From: Chiloscyllium plagiosum
Lineage: Eukaryota
Length of the DNA: 64,000 bases
Direction: 5' to 3'
NCBI RefSeq assembly: GCF_004010195.1
Contig: NC_057753.1
Coordinates: 11,344,049-11,408,048 of the forward strand
Shown here: positions 1 to 12,885 of the stretch, one piece after another
Position numbering within the stretch: position 1 is the first letter of the stretch
Layout: each line of letters begins with the position of its first letter
Program-made: the position numbers and the translations under genes
The notes under the pieces: generated by a model
Database searches by the model: none
Told to the model about the DNA's origin: nothing
What the model saw: the letters and a program-made list of their open reading frames with translations, nothing else

Positions 1-459
1 TGACGACCAGATATCCTAAATTAATCTGGTGACCCATTTGCCAGCATTAGATTAGATTAGATTACCTACAGTGTGGAAAGGTCCACATATTTATCTTTCC
101 CCTCTTACCCTAAACCTTCCTGTTCATGTACCCATCCAGCTGCTGCAAATGTTGCAATTGCACCTGCCTCTACAAATTCCTTTGGCAGTTTGTTCAATAC
201 ACGTACTACCCTCTGCATGAAAAAGTTGCCTCTGAGGTCCCTTTTAAACCTTTTCCCTCTTACCCTAAACCTATGCCCCTCTAGTTTGGGACTCTGTACC
301 CTGGGGAAAAGACATACAAAGGTTGGGCAGCCAACCAACATGCAAAAGGAATAAAATGTCGAGCCAAGAGGGGAGAAATTTGTGGCTCCAGCTTTTTCTA
401 CCCGATTGGCGTTTGGACCCTTAAAAATTTGTCGATAAAACCAGCCTCTCAACAAAACA

Positions 460-765
460 TACTGAGCATGCTCCTCGGTGTCAGTAAGGAGTGCGCATGT
501 TCGCCGGTGTCAGCAAAGCAATGCACATGCTCCTTGGTGTCCGCAGAAATGGCACGCGACCGTCTTTCCATGGGCCAATTGGAAGCCCTGGAGAACCGGA
601 AGGAGCCTGGTCTTCCTGCCAATCAGATTCCCCCCCCCACCACCCATTGTCTAAATGCGGAAGTTGGTCCCTGAGCTTCTGAAGCTGCTGCTGCTCCTCT
701 CTCTGAATGAAGATTGAGCTTCACCCCAGACTGCAACTTACTTCCTCTGTCCAACATCGGTGAGT
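460..765 (+). promoter_or_regulatory. Promoter and short first exon of ZNF-A (paralogous module, copy 1)
   Basis: CCAAT boxes (575, 619), ETS-type GCGGAAGT (657), ATG at 707, and donor CATCG|GTGAGT at 759/760. Near-identical modules lie upstream of the other two ZNF genes. Confidence 0.7.
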
Positions 766-1144
766 ACAGCACTCTCTTTTCTCACCCCCTTTTCTATTTC
801 TTTTTTTTCATTCTGGGGTTGAATTGTTGACTTGCAACAACTGAAAGGAAAGGGAGTGAATCCAGGGAGGGGACAGACCCTGGAAAAGTTGGTCCAGGTC
901 TGTGTTTCAATTAGCACAGACACAGCAAATCTAGTACCACATACTTCCTCTGTCCAACATCGGTGAGTACAACACTTACTTTTCTCACCCCCTTTTCTAT
1001 TTCTTTTTTTTCATTCTGGGGTTGAATTGTTGACTTGCAGCAACTGAAAGGAAAGGGAGTGAATCCAGGGAGGGGACAGACCCTGGAAAAGTTGGTCCAG
1101 GTCTGTGTTTCAATTAGCACAGACACAGCAAATCTAGTACCACA
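739..1144 (+). repeat. 203-bp tandem duplication containing the exon-1 splice donor
   Basis: 739-941 and 942-1144 are nearly identical; second donor at 963. Confidence 0.95.
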
Positions 1145-1216
1145 AGGTAAAGTTATAGGCTTTGCTGTGGGGAAAAAAATAAGCAGAAAGGTGCATTGTT
1201 TAAATGGTGATATATT

Positions 1217-4200
1217 GAACATAGAACATTATAACACAGTGCAGGCCCTTTGGCCCTCGTTGTGCCACCCTGTGAAATCAATCTGAAGCCCATCTAACAC
1301 GATTCCATTCTCATCCATACGCCTATTCAATGGTCATGTAAATGCCTGTAAAGATGGTGAGTCCACAACTGTTGCAGGCAGTGCGTTCCACACCCCACTA
1401 CTGAATAAGGAAACTACCTCTGACACCTGTCCTATATCTATCACCCCTCAATTTGAAGATATCTCCCCTCGTGCTAGCCATCACCATCTGAGGAAAAAGG
1501 CTCTCACTGTCCACCCAATCTAACCCTCTGATTATCTTACGTCTCAATTAAGTCACCTCTCAACCTTCTTCCCTCTAATCAAAAACATCTCGAGTCCCTC
1601 AACCTTTCCTCGTAAGACCTTCCCTCCATACCAGGCAACATCCTGGTAAATCTCCTCTGAATTCTTTCCAAAGCTTCTGCATCCTTCCTATAATGCGGTG
1701 ACCAGAACTGCATGCACTACTCGCAAGTGCTGCCACATCAGAGTTTTGTACAGCTGCCACATGGTTCCATGGTTGTGGGCGGCACGGTGGCACAGTGGTT
1801 AGCACTGCTGCCTCACAGCGCCTGAGACCCGGGTTCAATTCCCGCCTCAGGCGACTGACTGTGTGGAGTTTGCATGTTCTCCCCGTGTTTGCGTGGGTTT
1901 CCTCCGGGTGCTCCGGTTCCCTCCCACAGTCCAAAGATGTGCAGGTCAGGTGAATTGGCCATGCTAAATTACCCATAGTGTTAGGTAAAGGGGTAAATGT
2001 AGGGGTATGGGTGGGTTGCGCTTCGGCGGGTCAGTGTGGACTTGTTGGGCCGAAGGGCCTGTTTCCACACTGTAATGTAATCTTAAAAAAAAAAAACTCG
2101 ATCCCTTTACTAATAAAAACCGTATGCTGCCTTAACAGCCCTTTTAACCTGGGTGGCAACTTTGATGGATCTATGTACATGCACACCGAGATCTCTTTGC
2201 TCATCTACACCACCAAGAATCTTACCATTTGCCTGTATCCTGAATTCCTGTTACTCCTTCCAAAGGAATCACCTCACACTTTTCTTCATTAATCTCCATT
2301 TGCCACCCGTCAGCCCAGCTCTGCAGCTTCTCTCCGTCTCCCTGTGACCTACAAGATCTTTTGGCATTCTTCACAACGGTACCAACCTTCATTGTTATCC
2401 GCAGATTTACTAGCCCATCCTTCTTCACCCTCATCCATAAAATGACAAACAGCAGTGGACCCAAAGCAGATCCTTGCAGTACACCACTAATACCTGAACT
2501 CCAGGATGATCATCTCCCATCAACCACTACCCTGTGTCTTCTTTCAGCTAGTCAATTTCTGATCCAAACATTCAATCCCATGTCTCTGTATTTTCTGCAA
2601 TAGCCTACAGTGGGGAACCTTATCAAACACCTTACTGAAATCCATATACACCACATCAATGGCTTTACCCTCATCCACCTGTTTGGTCACCTTCTCAAAG
2701 AACTCAATAAGGTTTGTGAGACACAATCTCCCCTTCACAAAACCGTGTTGACTATCCCTAATCAACTTATTCCTATCGAGACGATTATAAATCCTATCTC
2801 TTATAATCTTTTCAAACACTTTACGCACAACCTAGGTAAGACTCGCGGACCTGTAATTACCGGGTTGTCTTTACTCCCCTTGAATAACGGAACAACACTT
2901 GCTATCCTCCAGCCTTCTGGTACTACTCCTGTAGACAATGACAACATAAAGATCAAAGCCAAAGGCTCGGCTATCTCCTCCATGACTTCCAAGAGAATCC
3001 TAGGATAAACCCCAACTGGCTCGGGGGATTTATCTATTTTCACACTTTCTAGAATTTCTAACACTGCCTCCTTGTGAACCTCCATCTCATCTAGTCTCGT
3101 AACCTGTTTAACAGTATTCTGCTCAACAACATTGTCTTTTTCCAGTGTTAATACTGATGAAAAATATTCATTTAGCGCTTCCCCTATTTCCTGTGACTGC
3201 AGGCACAACTTCCTGCCACTGTCCTTGATTGGCCCTAATCTTACTCAAATCATTCTTTTATCCCTTTATATATCTGTGGAAAGGATCAGGGAAAACCCGA
3301 AAGCTATCTGCCAACAACTTCTCACGTCCCCTCCTCACTCATCTCCGCTCTCTTTAGGTCTTTCCTGGCTATCTTGTAACTCAATTGCCCTAACTGAGCC
3401 TTCATATCTCATCCTAACATAAGCTTTCTTCCTCCTCTTGACAAGAGATTCAACTTCCTTAGTAAACCACGGCTCCTGCGCTTGACAACTTCTCCCTGTT
3501 TGACAGGTACATACTTATCAAGGACACACAGTAGTTGTTCCTTAAGTAAGCTCCATATTTCTATTGTGCCCATCCCCTGCAGATTCCTTCCCCATCCTAT
3601 GCATCCTAAATCGTGTCTAATTGCATCGTAATTGCCTTCTGGTCTATACCTATCCCTTTCTATTGCTAAAGGAAACTAACTGAATTGTGGTCACTATCAC
3701 CAAAGTGCTCACCTACCTCCAAATCTAATGCCTGGCCAGGTTCATTACCCAGTACTAAATCTAATGTGGCCTTGCCCCTTGTTGGCCTGTCTACATACTG
3801 TATCAGAAAACCCTCCTGCACACAATGGCCAAAAACTGATCCATCTAAAGTACTTGAACTATAGTATTCCCGGTCAATATTTGGGAAGTTGAAGTCTCTC
3901 ATAACAACTACCCTGTCACTCTTGCTCTTATCCAGAACCATCTTTGCTATCCTTTCCTCTAAATCTCTGGAACTATTTGGAGGCCTATATAAAACTCCCC
4001 AAAAGGGTGGCCTCTCCTTTCTATTTTCTAATCTCAGCCCATACTACCTCAATTGATGAGTCCTCAAACGTCCTTTCTGCAGCCGTAATATCGTACTGGA
4101 CTAACAGTGTCACACCCCCACCTCTTTTACCATCTTCTGTATTCTTACCCCTCTGGTTTAGGTGTAGACCATCCTGTTTGTAGAGGTCCCACCTACCCAG

Positions 4201-4460
4201 AAACAGCCTCAATTATTGAGTAATCCAAATCTCCTTCCCCCGCCCCATTCCTGTAGCCACATGTTCAACTGCTCTCTCACGAGCACGTGGCATGGGCAAC
4301 AAGCTAGAGATAACAACTGTTTGTCTGAGGTCTAAGCTGCCACCCTTGCTCCCTGAATCTTTGCCTTAAACCCCCATCTCTCGCCCTGTCTGTCGTTGGT
4401 GCCTATGTGGACCACTACTTGGGCTGCTCCCCCTCCCCTGCAAGGATCCTGAAAACATGA
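1217..4460 (-). mobile_element. Degenerate, long CR1-clade LINE (ORF1 esterase remnant, APE endonuclease, RT)
   Basis: Broken ORFs carry DGLHLN (4021-4212), DFNFPNID/LDLVLGNE/SDHN (3666-3941), SQHGFVKGR/YMDFSKVFDKVPH (2544-2828). Confidence 0.85.
1777..2096 (+). mobile_element. HE1/V-SINE-type tRNA-derived SINE nested in the CR1
   Basis: A-box TGGCACAGTGG, B-box GGTTCAATTCC, V-domain-like TGTGTGGAGTTTGCATGTTCTCCCCGTG, and a 3' tail. Confidence 0.9.
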
Positions 4461-5699
4461 TCATAGAACATAGAACATAGAACATAGAAGAATACAGCGC
4501 AGTACAGGCCCTTGGGCCCTCGATGTTGCGCCGATCCAAGCCCACCCAAACTACACTAACCCACTATCCTCCATATACCTATCCAATGCCCTCTTAAATG
4601 CCCATAAAGAGGGAGAGTCCCCCCCCCCCCCCCCAACAACAGTATCCAAAATGGTATACTTGTTGAGGGGATGTGGAGAAAGTGAGGGCTGCAGATCAGA
4701 GTCGAAAGGTGTGGCGCTGGAAAAGCACCTCAGGTCAGACAGTATCAGAGGAGCAGGAGAGTCGCTGTTTCAGGCCCTTCAGGAATGATGTGTGGATGTA
4801 CAAAGGGGCCTCAGCGTCCTTCTACACCAGTCACTGCCAGTTGTCAGACAGGTACAGCAAGCAATCAGCAAGGCAAGTGGTCTGTTGGGAAGAGGTATTG
4901 AGTTGAGAAGTGGGAATGTCTTCCTGCAGTTAGGGGGTCATTGAATATCTCCAAGACTGAGTTCATTTGATTTTTGAACAACAAAGAAGTGGATGGTTGA
5001 GGGAAGGCAAGAAAATGGTTTTAAGACCAATACAGAACAGTTACAGAAACAGACCCTTCAGTCCAACTCGTCCCTGCTGACTGGTCCTCAAACTAAAGTA
5101 GACCTACGAGCCTGTGTTTAGCCCATATCCCTCCGAACCTTTCCTATTCACGTACTTATCTAAATGTTTTTTAAACATTTTAACTGTAGCTGCATCCACC
5201 ACTTTCGCTAGACATCCATTCAACTCGTGAACCACTCTGCATGAAAAAAGGTGCCCCTCGTGTCTTTTTAAAATCTTTCTCCTGCCACCTTCAAAATTTG
5301 CTCCAAATCTTGAAACCCCCCACCCTAAGGGCAGAGGACATCTGCCATTCACCTCCCCTATATCCCACATGATTTTTAATGGTCTATAAGGTCACACCTC
5401 AACCTCCTAGGCTGGGAATTTTTTCACTGGAGCATATCTCTCTGGCTGAAGAGGTTTCTCCTTCTCTCCATTCTGAAAGGTCTTCCCCTTACTCCAAGAC
5501 TGTATCCTCATCCTCAGGTCCTGGTCTCTGCTGCTAATGGAAACATCCTCCCAACATCCACTCTGTCCAGGCCGTTCTGTCTGCTTCAATTAAATCCCCC
5601 CCCCCGCCCACCAAACCGAGTGTGGCCCTGTTCATTAGCATGAACCAGCCCCTTCAGGATGAGGTACAGCAGGGATTAGGTTCAGCAAAGTGAGGGTCC

Positions 5700-6970
5700 G
5701 AGGTGTGGCAGGTGAAGTTTAATTTAGATAAATGAGGTGTTGCATTTTGGAGACATAAATTGTACAATATAGGATGTAGACAGTTAATGGGAATGTTGCA
5801 GAGCAAAGAGACCTTGCAGTGCAGGTTCATAGTTCCTTGAAAGTACAGTTGCAGATAGATAGGATAGTGAAGAAGACGTTTGGTATGCTTGCCTTTATTG
5901 GTCAGTATATTCAGTATAGGAATGGTGGTCACAGCGGCTGGACATTACATTGATTAGGCCACTTTTGAATACTGCGTTCAGTTCTGGTCACCGTGACAGG
6001 AAAGATGTTGCAAAACTTTGAAAGCATTTGGAGAAGACTTACAAGGTTGTTGCCAGAGTTGGAGGGTTTGAGTAATAGGAAGAGGCTGAATAGGCTGGGG
6101 CTGTTTTCCCTGGAGCATCGGAGGCTGAGGGGTGACTTTATACAAGCTCATAAGGGCCATGGATAGGGTGAAGAGCTGAAATCTTTTCTCCTGAGTAGGG
6201 GAGTCCAAACCTAGAGAGTATAGGTTAGAGGGGAAGGATTTAAAAGGGACCTGAGGGGCAACCTTTTCGTGCAGAGGGTGGTGCGTGTATGAAATGAGCT
6301 TCCAAATGAAGTGGTGGGGGCTGGTACAATTATAACATTTTAAAAAGCATCTGGATTAAATTTGAATAGGAAGGGTTCAGTGATATGGGCCAAATGCTGG
6401 CAAATGGGAGTAGATTACTTTCGGATATCTGGTCAGCATGGACGAGTTGAACTGAATGATCTCTTTCTGTGCTGTGTGACTAATAGTCTTTGGTGAAAGC
6501 AGATGTGTCATTGCAAAGACTGGACTTTCAGAGCAGTTTTCAAAGATGCTTTGCCCTTACTGGGAGCGGAAGGAGTTACAATGAAACCTTTCATTTGTGA
6601 GACAGCAACCTTAGAGGTCTCTCAAAATTGAGGGGCATGGATAGGGTAAATAGGCAAAGTATTTTCCCTGGGGTCAGAGTCCAGAACTGGAGGGCATAGG
6701 TTTAGGGTGAAAGGGAAAGATATAAAAGAGACCTAAGGGGCAACTTTTTCAGTGGTAAATGTATGGAATGAGCTGCCAGAGGAAGTGGTGGAGGCTACTG
6801 TAACAATTGCACCTTTAAGAGGCATTTGGATGGGTATATGAATAGGAAGGGTTTGGAGGAATATGGGCCGGGTGCTGGCAGGTGGGACTAGATTGGGTTG
6901 GGATATCTGGTTGGCATGGACGGGTTGGACCGAAGGATCTGTTTCCATGCTGTACGACTCTCTATGACTG
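5700..6970 (+). mobile_element. CR1-type LINE 3' fragments (two)
   Basis: Matches the recurrent CR1 3' end (GGCTGAGGGGTGACC...GGGCAACTTTTTC...GGACCGAAGG) seen throughout the window. Confidence 0.8.
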
Positions 6971-7255
6971 AGTGAGCAAGCATATCTGGGATTTTAGTGG
7001 AAATTGGGAATTCATTGCACTGTGGGGGTGAAGTGCTCTAAGGTTTACCAACAGTAAGTAAAGTTTGCTGAGTGGGGACCCAGTGAGGGGTTAGGTGGGT
7101 TTTTGTTTTAAACTGCCCATTTCTTTCAGCCTCCAACACTGTTTCCAATGCTGGGCATCAGAGGGAGCGGTGAATCAGTAACTGGTATCGATGGAAGCCT
7201 TACAATTCTCAGTGCTGTAGGTATTGCGTTGTTTCATCAGCATTGTAAATGTTAC

Positions 7256-7912
7256 TGTCACGAGAAATGATTAAGCAGATAGATAACACAAATACGAGGG
7301 CAGGGTGGGACTGAGGATCTGAAATCTGAATACAGGTTGTTAGGAGCAACCATTTAATACATGCTCTTACTAACATAAGCAGCAACAAAATGGCTTCTTA
7401 TTGCACGTAACATGACAATATGGCTCAAATCGACAATTCTGCTTAAAAGCTGTATAAAATGGCTTTTAACCCTACTAAAAGCTGCATTCCGGATTTAACC
7501 ATTGTGTGCTTTAGCAAAGATTAGCAGACAATGCTTCCTTTGCAGCATAGAAATAACTAGACATGATAAGATATTACTAGCCATCCTAACTGATCTTGCA
7601 AGTGCAGATGCGGTGCTTAGATGTGTAAAGCAAGGTTGGTTCCCAGGAAATATCTTTGGGTTAAGTTGCTGTCAATAATGTCATTTTATTAAATTTGATT
7701 GGTAATTGTTTGAATCTGCTGTGTAATTGTGGCTGTACTTTTCAAAAAAGATATAAAAATGTCTTTGTCTTAAGCCATGTGTGCAGTTTCTCTGAGGGAC
7801 ACAGAAGTGTTTAACCTCTGTTGCTAGACAACCAGTACCTGGCCGTAAAATAAAGTGTGAAATCTTACAGAACCAGTCTGAATTGCTAGTGTTTATTGAC
7901 TGATTGTGGAAC
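7256..7912 (+). mobile_element. Candidate solo LTR
   Basis: TG start (7256 or 7338), TATAAA near 7753, AATAAA near 7849, ends GGAACA at 7912. No TSD found. Confidence 0.4.
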
Positions 7913-10229
7913 AGAGAGATTAGATTACTTAGTGTGGAAACAGGCCCTTCGGCCCAACAAGTCCACAACGACCCACCGAAGCGCAACCCACCCAGACCCA
8001 TTCCCCTAATGCTACGGGCAATTTAGCATGGTCAGTTCATCTAACCTGCACATTTTTGGATTGTGGGAAGAAACCCACGCAAACACGGGGAGAATGTGCA
8101 AACTCCACACAGTCTCGGGAATGGAACCCGGGTCTCTGGTGCTGAGGCAGCGGTGCTAACCACTGCATGCCACCATGCCAGGGGAGTCCAGATCTTCAGG
8201 ATCTTGTCGATTGATTTGCAGAAGGTGGGTGGCTCTGGGTGCTGTGATCCAGGGCAAGTACAACTGCGGTAAATCTCCGAAGCCCTATAGTGTGGAAGCA
8301 GGCCATTCGGCTCATCAGGTCCACACTGACCCCCCTCCGAAAAGCATGCCAAAAATAAAACCCTGTCCTCCATTGATCTCCCTGTTCCCACAGAGTAAGA
8401 TATCGGTCTGTTCTCAGCTCGGTTGGATTTCTGCTGAAGCTTTGACCCCCTTTTTACACCTTCCAGAACAATAAAACATTTAGTCGGTCAGGACCGAACC
8501 TTCAGTCTCCCAGCCTGTCAGCGATCCAGGCAGTGTCATTGTGGTGGGGAATAAAACAAGAAAAATGAAACAAAATTAGAAATAAATGCTCGGTTGGTGT
8601 TTGTGGTTAATGTTTATTCATTAGAAAGTAAACCAGAAATAGGGGTCTCCCAGGATTCTTATATGCCCGATGTGAGGAATTCTCTCTCCCTTACATCTAA
8701 GTAATAGTACTGAGCTATGATTTATAACAATACAGTATTTACATTAATAGAAATACATCATCTGTTAACAAATAGACAGCAAGATATGTAGACAGGCCAA
8801 CAAGAGGTGAGGCCATACTGGATTTGGTTCTGGGTAACGAACCAGGCCAGGTGTTAGAATTAGAGGTAGGTGAGCACTTTGGGGATAGTGACCATAATTC
8901 GGTGATTTTTACACTCGTGATGGAGAGGGAAAAGTGTGTACTACAGGGCAAGAGTTAAACCTGGGGTCAGGGAAATTATGATGCGGTGAGCCATGACTTA
9001 GGATGTGGACCTTGCAAGTGCAGATGCGGAAAATAGTGTCGGGAGATAAAGGTGCTTGGATGTGTAAAGCAAGGTTGGTTCCCAAGAAATATCATTGGGT
9101 TATGCTGCTTTCAAAAAAGATATAAAAATGTCTTTGTCTTAAGCCATGTGCGCAGTTTCTCTGAGGGACACAGAAGTGTTTAACCTCTGTTGCTAGACAA
9201 CCAGTACCTGGCCGTAAAATAAAGTGTGAAATCTTACAGAACCAGTCTGAATTGCTAGTGTTTATTGACTGACTGACTGGCCGTAAAATAAAGTGTGAAA
9301 TCTTACAGAACCAGTCTGAATTGCTAGTGTTTATTGTGGAACAGAGAGATTAGATTACTTAGTGTGGAAACAGGCCCTTCGGCCCAACAAGTCCACACCG
9401 ACCCACCGAAGCGCAACCCACCCAGACCCATTCCCCTAACGCTACAGGCAATTTAGCATGGTCAGTTCATCTAACCTGCACATTTTTGGACTGTGGGAAG
9501 AAACCCACGCAAACACGGGGAGAATGTGCAAACTCCACACAGTCTCGGGAATGGAACCCGGGTCTCTGGTGCTGAGGCAGCGGTGCTAACCACTGCGTGC
9601 CACCATGCCAGGGGAGTCCAGATCTTCAGGATCTTGTCGATTGATTTGCAGAAGGTGGGTGGTTCTGGGTGCTGTGATCCAGGGCAAGTACAACTGCGGT
9701 AAATCTCCGAAGCCCTACAGTGTGGAAGCAGGCCATTTGGCTCATCAGGTCCACACTGACCCCCTCCGAAAAGCATGCCAAAAAAAAACACTGTCCTCCA
9801 TTGATCTCCCTGTTCCCACAGAGTAAGATGTTGGTCTGTTCTCAGCTCGGTTGGATTTCTGCTGAAGCTTTGACCCCCTTTTTACACCTTCCAGAGCAAT
9901 AAAACATTTAGTCGGTCAGGACCCAACCCAGAGTCTTCCAGCCTGTCAGTGATCCAGACACAGAATGTCATTGTGGTGGGGAATAAAACAAGAAAAGTGA
10001 AACAAAATTAGAAATAAATGCTCGGTTGGTGTTTGTGGTTAGTGTTTTAGGTTAATGTTTATTCATTAGAAAGTAAACCAGAAATAGGGGTCTCCCAGGA
10101 TTCTTATATGCCCGATGTGAGGAATTCTCTCTCCCTTGCATCTAAGTAATAGTACTGAGCTATGATTTATAACAATACAGTATTTACATTATGTATTTCT
10201 ATTAATCTGTTATCAAATAGACATCGAGA
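7595..10229 (+). repeat. ~1.2-kb direct segmental duplication (7595-8788 / 9011-10229) separated by a CR1 endonuclease fragment
   Basis: Long near-identical runs, including the same HE1 SINE (ORFs 8063-8272 and 9493-9702 translate identically). Confidence 0.95.
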
Positions 10230-10647
10230 TATACAGCACTGAAAGACTTTTTGATCTAACATATCCATGCAGACAAGGTGTTAATCTAGTTACATTTGCC
10301 AGCATTTAGCCCATATCCGTACAACCCTTCCTATTCACATACCCATCCAGATGCCTTTTAAATGTAATTGTACCGGCCACTTCCTCTGGCAGCTCGTTCT
10401 GTACACGCACCACTAGCTGTGTAAAAATGTTGCCGCTTAGATCCCTTTTAAATGGTTCCCCTCCCTCGCCTAAACCTCTGGTTTTGGACACCCCCACCCT
10501 GGAGAAAAGACCTTGCCTATTTACTTTATCCATGCCCCTCATGATTTCATCAAGTTTTATAAGGTCACCCCTCCACCTCTGATGCTCCAGGAAAACAGCT
10601 CTTTCGTATTCAGCCTCTACTTATACCACAACTCTCCAACCCAGTCA

Positions 10648-10925
10648 GGGTGGCATGGTGGCTCAGTGGTCAGCACTGCTGCCTCACAGCGCCAGGGACC
10701 CAGGTTTTATTCCAGCTTCTGGCGACTGTCTGTGTGGAGTTTGCACATTCTCAGTGTCTGCGTGGGTTTCCTCTGGGTGCTCTGGTTTCCTCCCACAGTC
10801 CCAAAATGTGCAGGAAAGGTGAATTGGTCATGCTGAATTGCCCGTAGTGTTAGGTGCATTAGCTAGGAGGAGTGGGTCTGGGTGGACAAGTTGGGCTGAA
10901 GGGCCTGTTTCCACACTGTAGGGAA
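10648..10925 (+). mobile_element. HE1-type SINE
   Basis: GGTGGCTCAGTGGTCAGCACTGC head, V-domain-like core, GGGCCTGTTTCCACACTGTAG tail. Confidence 0.85.
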
Positions 10926-12054
10926 GCTAGTCAAAAAGCCCTGGTGACATCCTTCTCAATCTCTTCTGCACCCTTTCAAATTTCACAACATCCTTCCTAT
11001 CCTCTAGCAGGGAGACCAGTATCAAATGAAATATTCCAAAAGTGGCCTAACGAATGTCCTGTACGGCTGCAATCCAATGCAATCGATGGGACAAAGACCC
11101 TCTTTCTGCACTGCAAGGATTTTGTGACTTTATTCTGTGTCCCAGTCAATTTTAGTCACTATCTCTGGTGTATGGTTTGTCAAGATGGGATCACTGGTAC
11201 CAGCATTGCACACAATACTCCAAAAAGAAGCCTAACTCATTTCCTGTACAGCCACAACATGATCTCCCAACTGACCAATAAAGTCAAGTGTACCAAACAT
11301 CTTTCACTATCCTGTCTAATTGCGACTCTACTTTCAAGGAACTATGAACCTGCCAGATGAGTCATTCAGCATGAAACAGACCTTCGGTCCAACCAGTCCA
11401 TGCCAACCATAATCCCAAATTAAACTAGTCACACCAGCCTGCTGCTGACCTTTTCTCCCTATTCACATACTTGTCCACATGGCTTTTAATTGTACCCTCA
11501 TCCACCACTTCCTCAGGAAGTTCATTCCACGCATGAATCACCCTTGAGAACATGGAACAATACAGCATGGAACAGGCCCTTCGGCCCACGATGTTGTACT
11601 GAACATTTGTCCTAGCTTAAGCACCCATCCATGTACCTATCCAATTGCCGCTTAAAGATCGCCAATGATTCTGACTCTGCCACTCCCACAGGCAGCGCAT
11701 TCCATGCCCCCACCACACTCTGGGTAAAGAACCTACCTCTGACATCCCCCCTATACCTTCCACCCTTCACCTTTAAATTTATGTCCCCTTGTAACACTGT
11801 GTAAAATTAGTATTTGAACGGCTAGGATGAGGTTGAATTGAAATGGTTCATAAAATAAACAGTTTCTCCCAAACCCCCGACAGCAGCTATGGTAGCACCT
11901 CCAACTCTGGGTCTTCCCCTCCCCATGTGCTTCAGCTGCAGGGCAGCACAGGCCCACTGCCTGCCCTGCCCCCATTGATCCATTGTGATGTCACAATGCG
12001 GAGGTAGCCCTGTCAGTTTCAGAGTGAAACTCCCTCCCTCCCTCTGGGCAACAT

Positions 12055-12885
12055 GGAATCCCTATAGTGTGGAAACAGGCCCTTTGGCCCAGCAAGTCCA
12101 CACCGACCCTCCAAAGGATATCCCACTCAGACCCATTCCCCTATTATTCTACATTTACCCCTGACTAATGCACCTAACCTAGACATCCCTGAACACTATG
12201 GGGCAATTTAGCATGGTCAATTCACCTAATTTGCATATCTTTGAATTGTGGGAGGAAACTGGAGCAAACCCACGCAGACATGGGGAGAATGTGCAAACTC
12301 CACACAGGCAGTCGCCTGAGGCTGGAATTGAACCCGGGTCCCTGATGCTGTGAGACAGCAGTGCTAACCACTGAGACACCGTGCTATCGTCCATTTGGGA
12401 GCAAAGCAATGTCTCCCCTTTCCATTCCTCATCCTGAGAGAGAGATTGGCACTCTGATATAAAATGTAGACACATGTTGCTTCATATGGTGTATATCTGA
12501 TATTGTTGGCTGTTGTAAAAGCTTCTTTGCAATTATTCTTCTAATTACCTTGTAAAGTAGTAATGGATTTTTTTAGATTAGATTTCCTACAGTGTGGAAA
12601 CAGGCCCTTCAGCCCAACCAGTCCACACCGACCCTCCGAGTAACCCACCCAGACCCATCTCCCTCTGACTAATGCACCTAACACTATGGGCAATTTAGCA
12701 CGGCCAATTCACCTGACTTGCACATTTTTGGATTGTGGGAGGAAACCAGAGCACCCGGAGGAAACCCACGCGGACACAAGGAGAATGTGCAAACTCCACA
12801 CAGACAGTCACCCGAGGCTGGAATCAAACCTGGGACCCTGGTGCTGTCAGGCAATATTGCTAACCACTGAGCCACCGTGCTGCCC
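12055..12885 (-). mobile_element. Two HE1-type SINEs (12055-12384, ~12575-12885)
   Basis: Reverse-complement HE1 head, core and tail motifs. Confidence 0.85.

Noticed and set aside
1777..1850. A/B-box sequences at SINE heads as tRNA genes
   Set aside because: They continue into the HE1 SINE body and tail and do not form a full cloverleaf.
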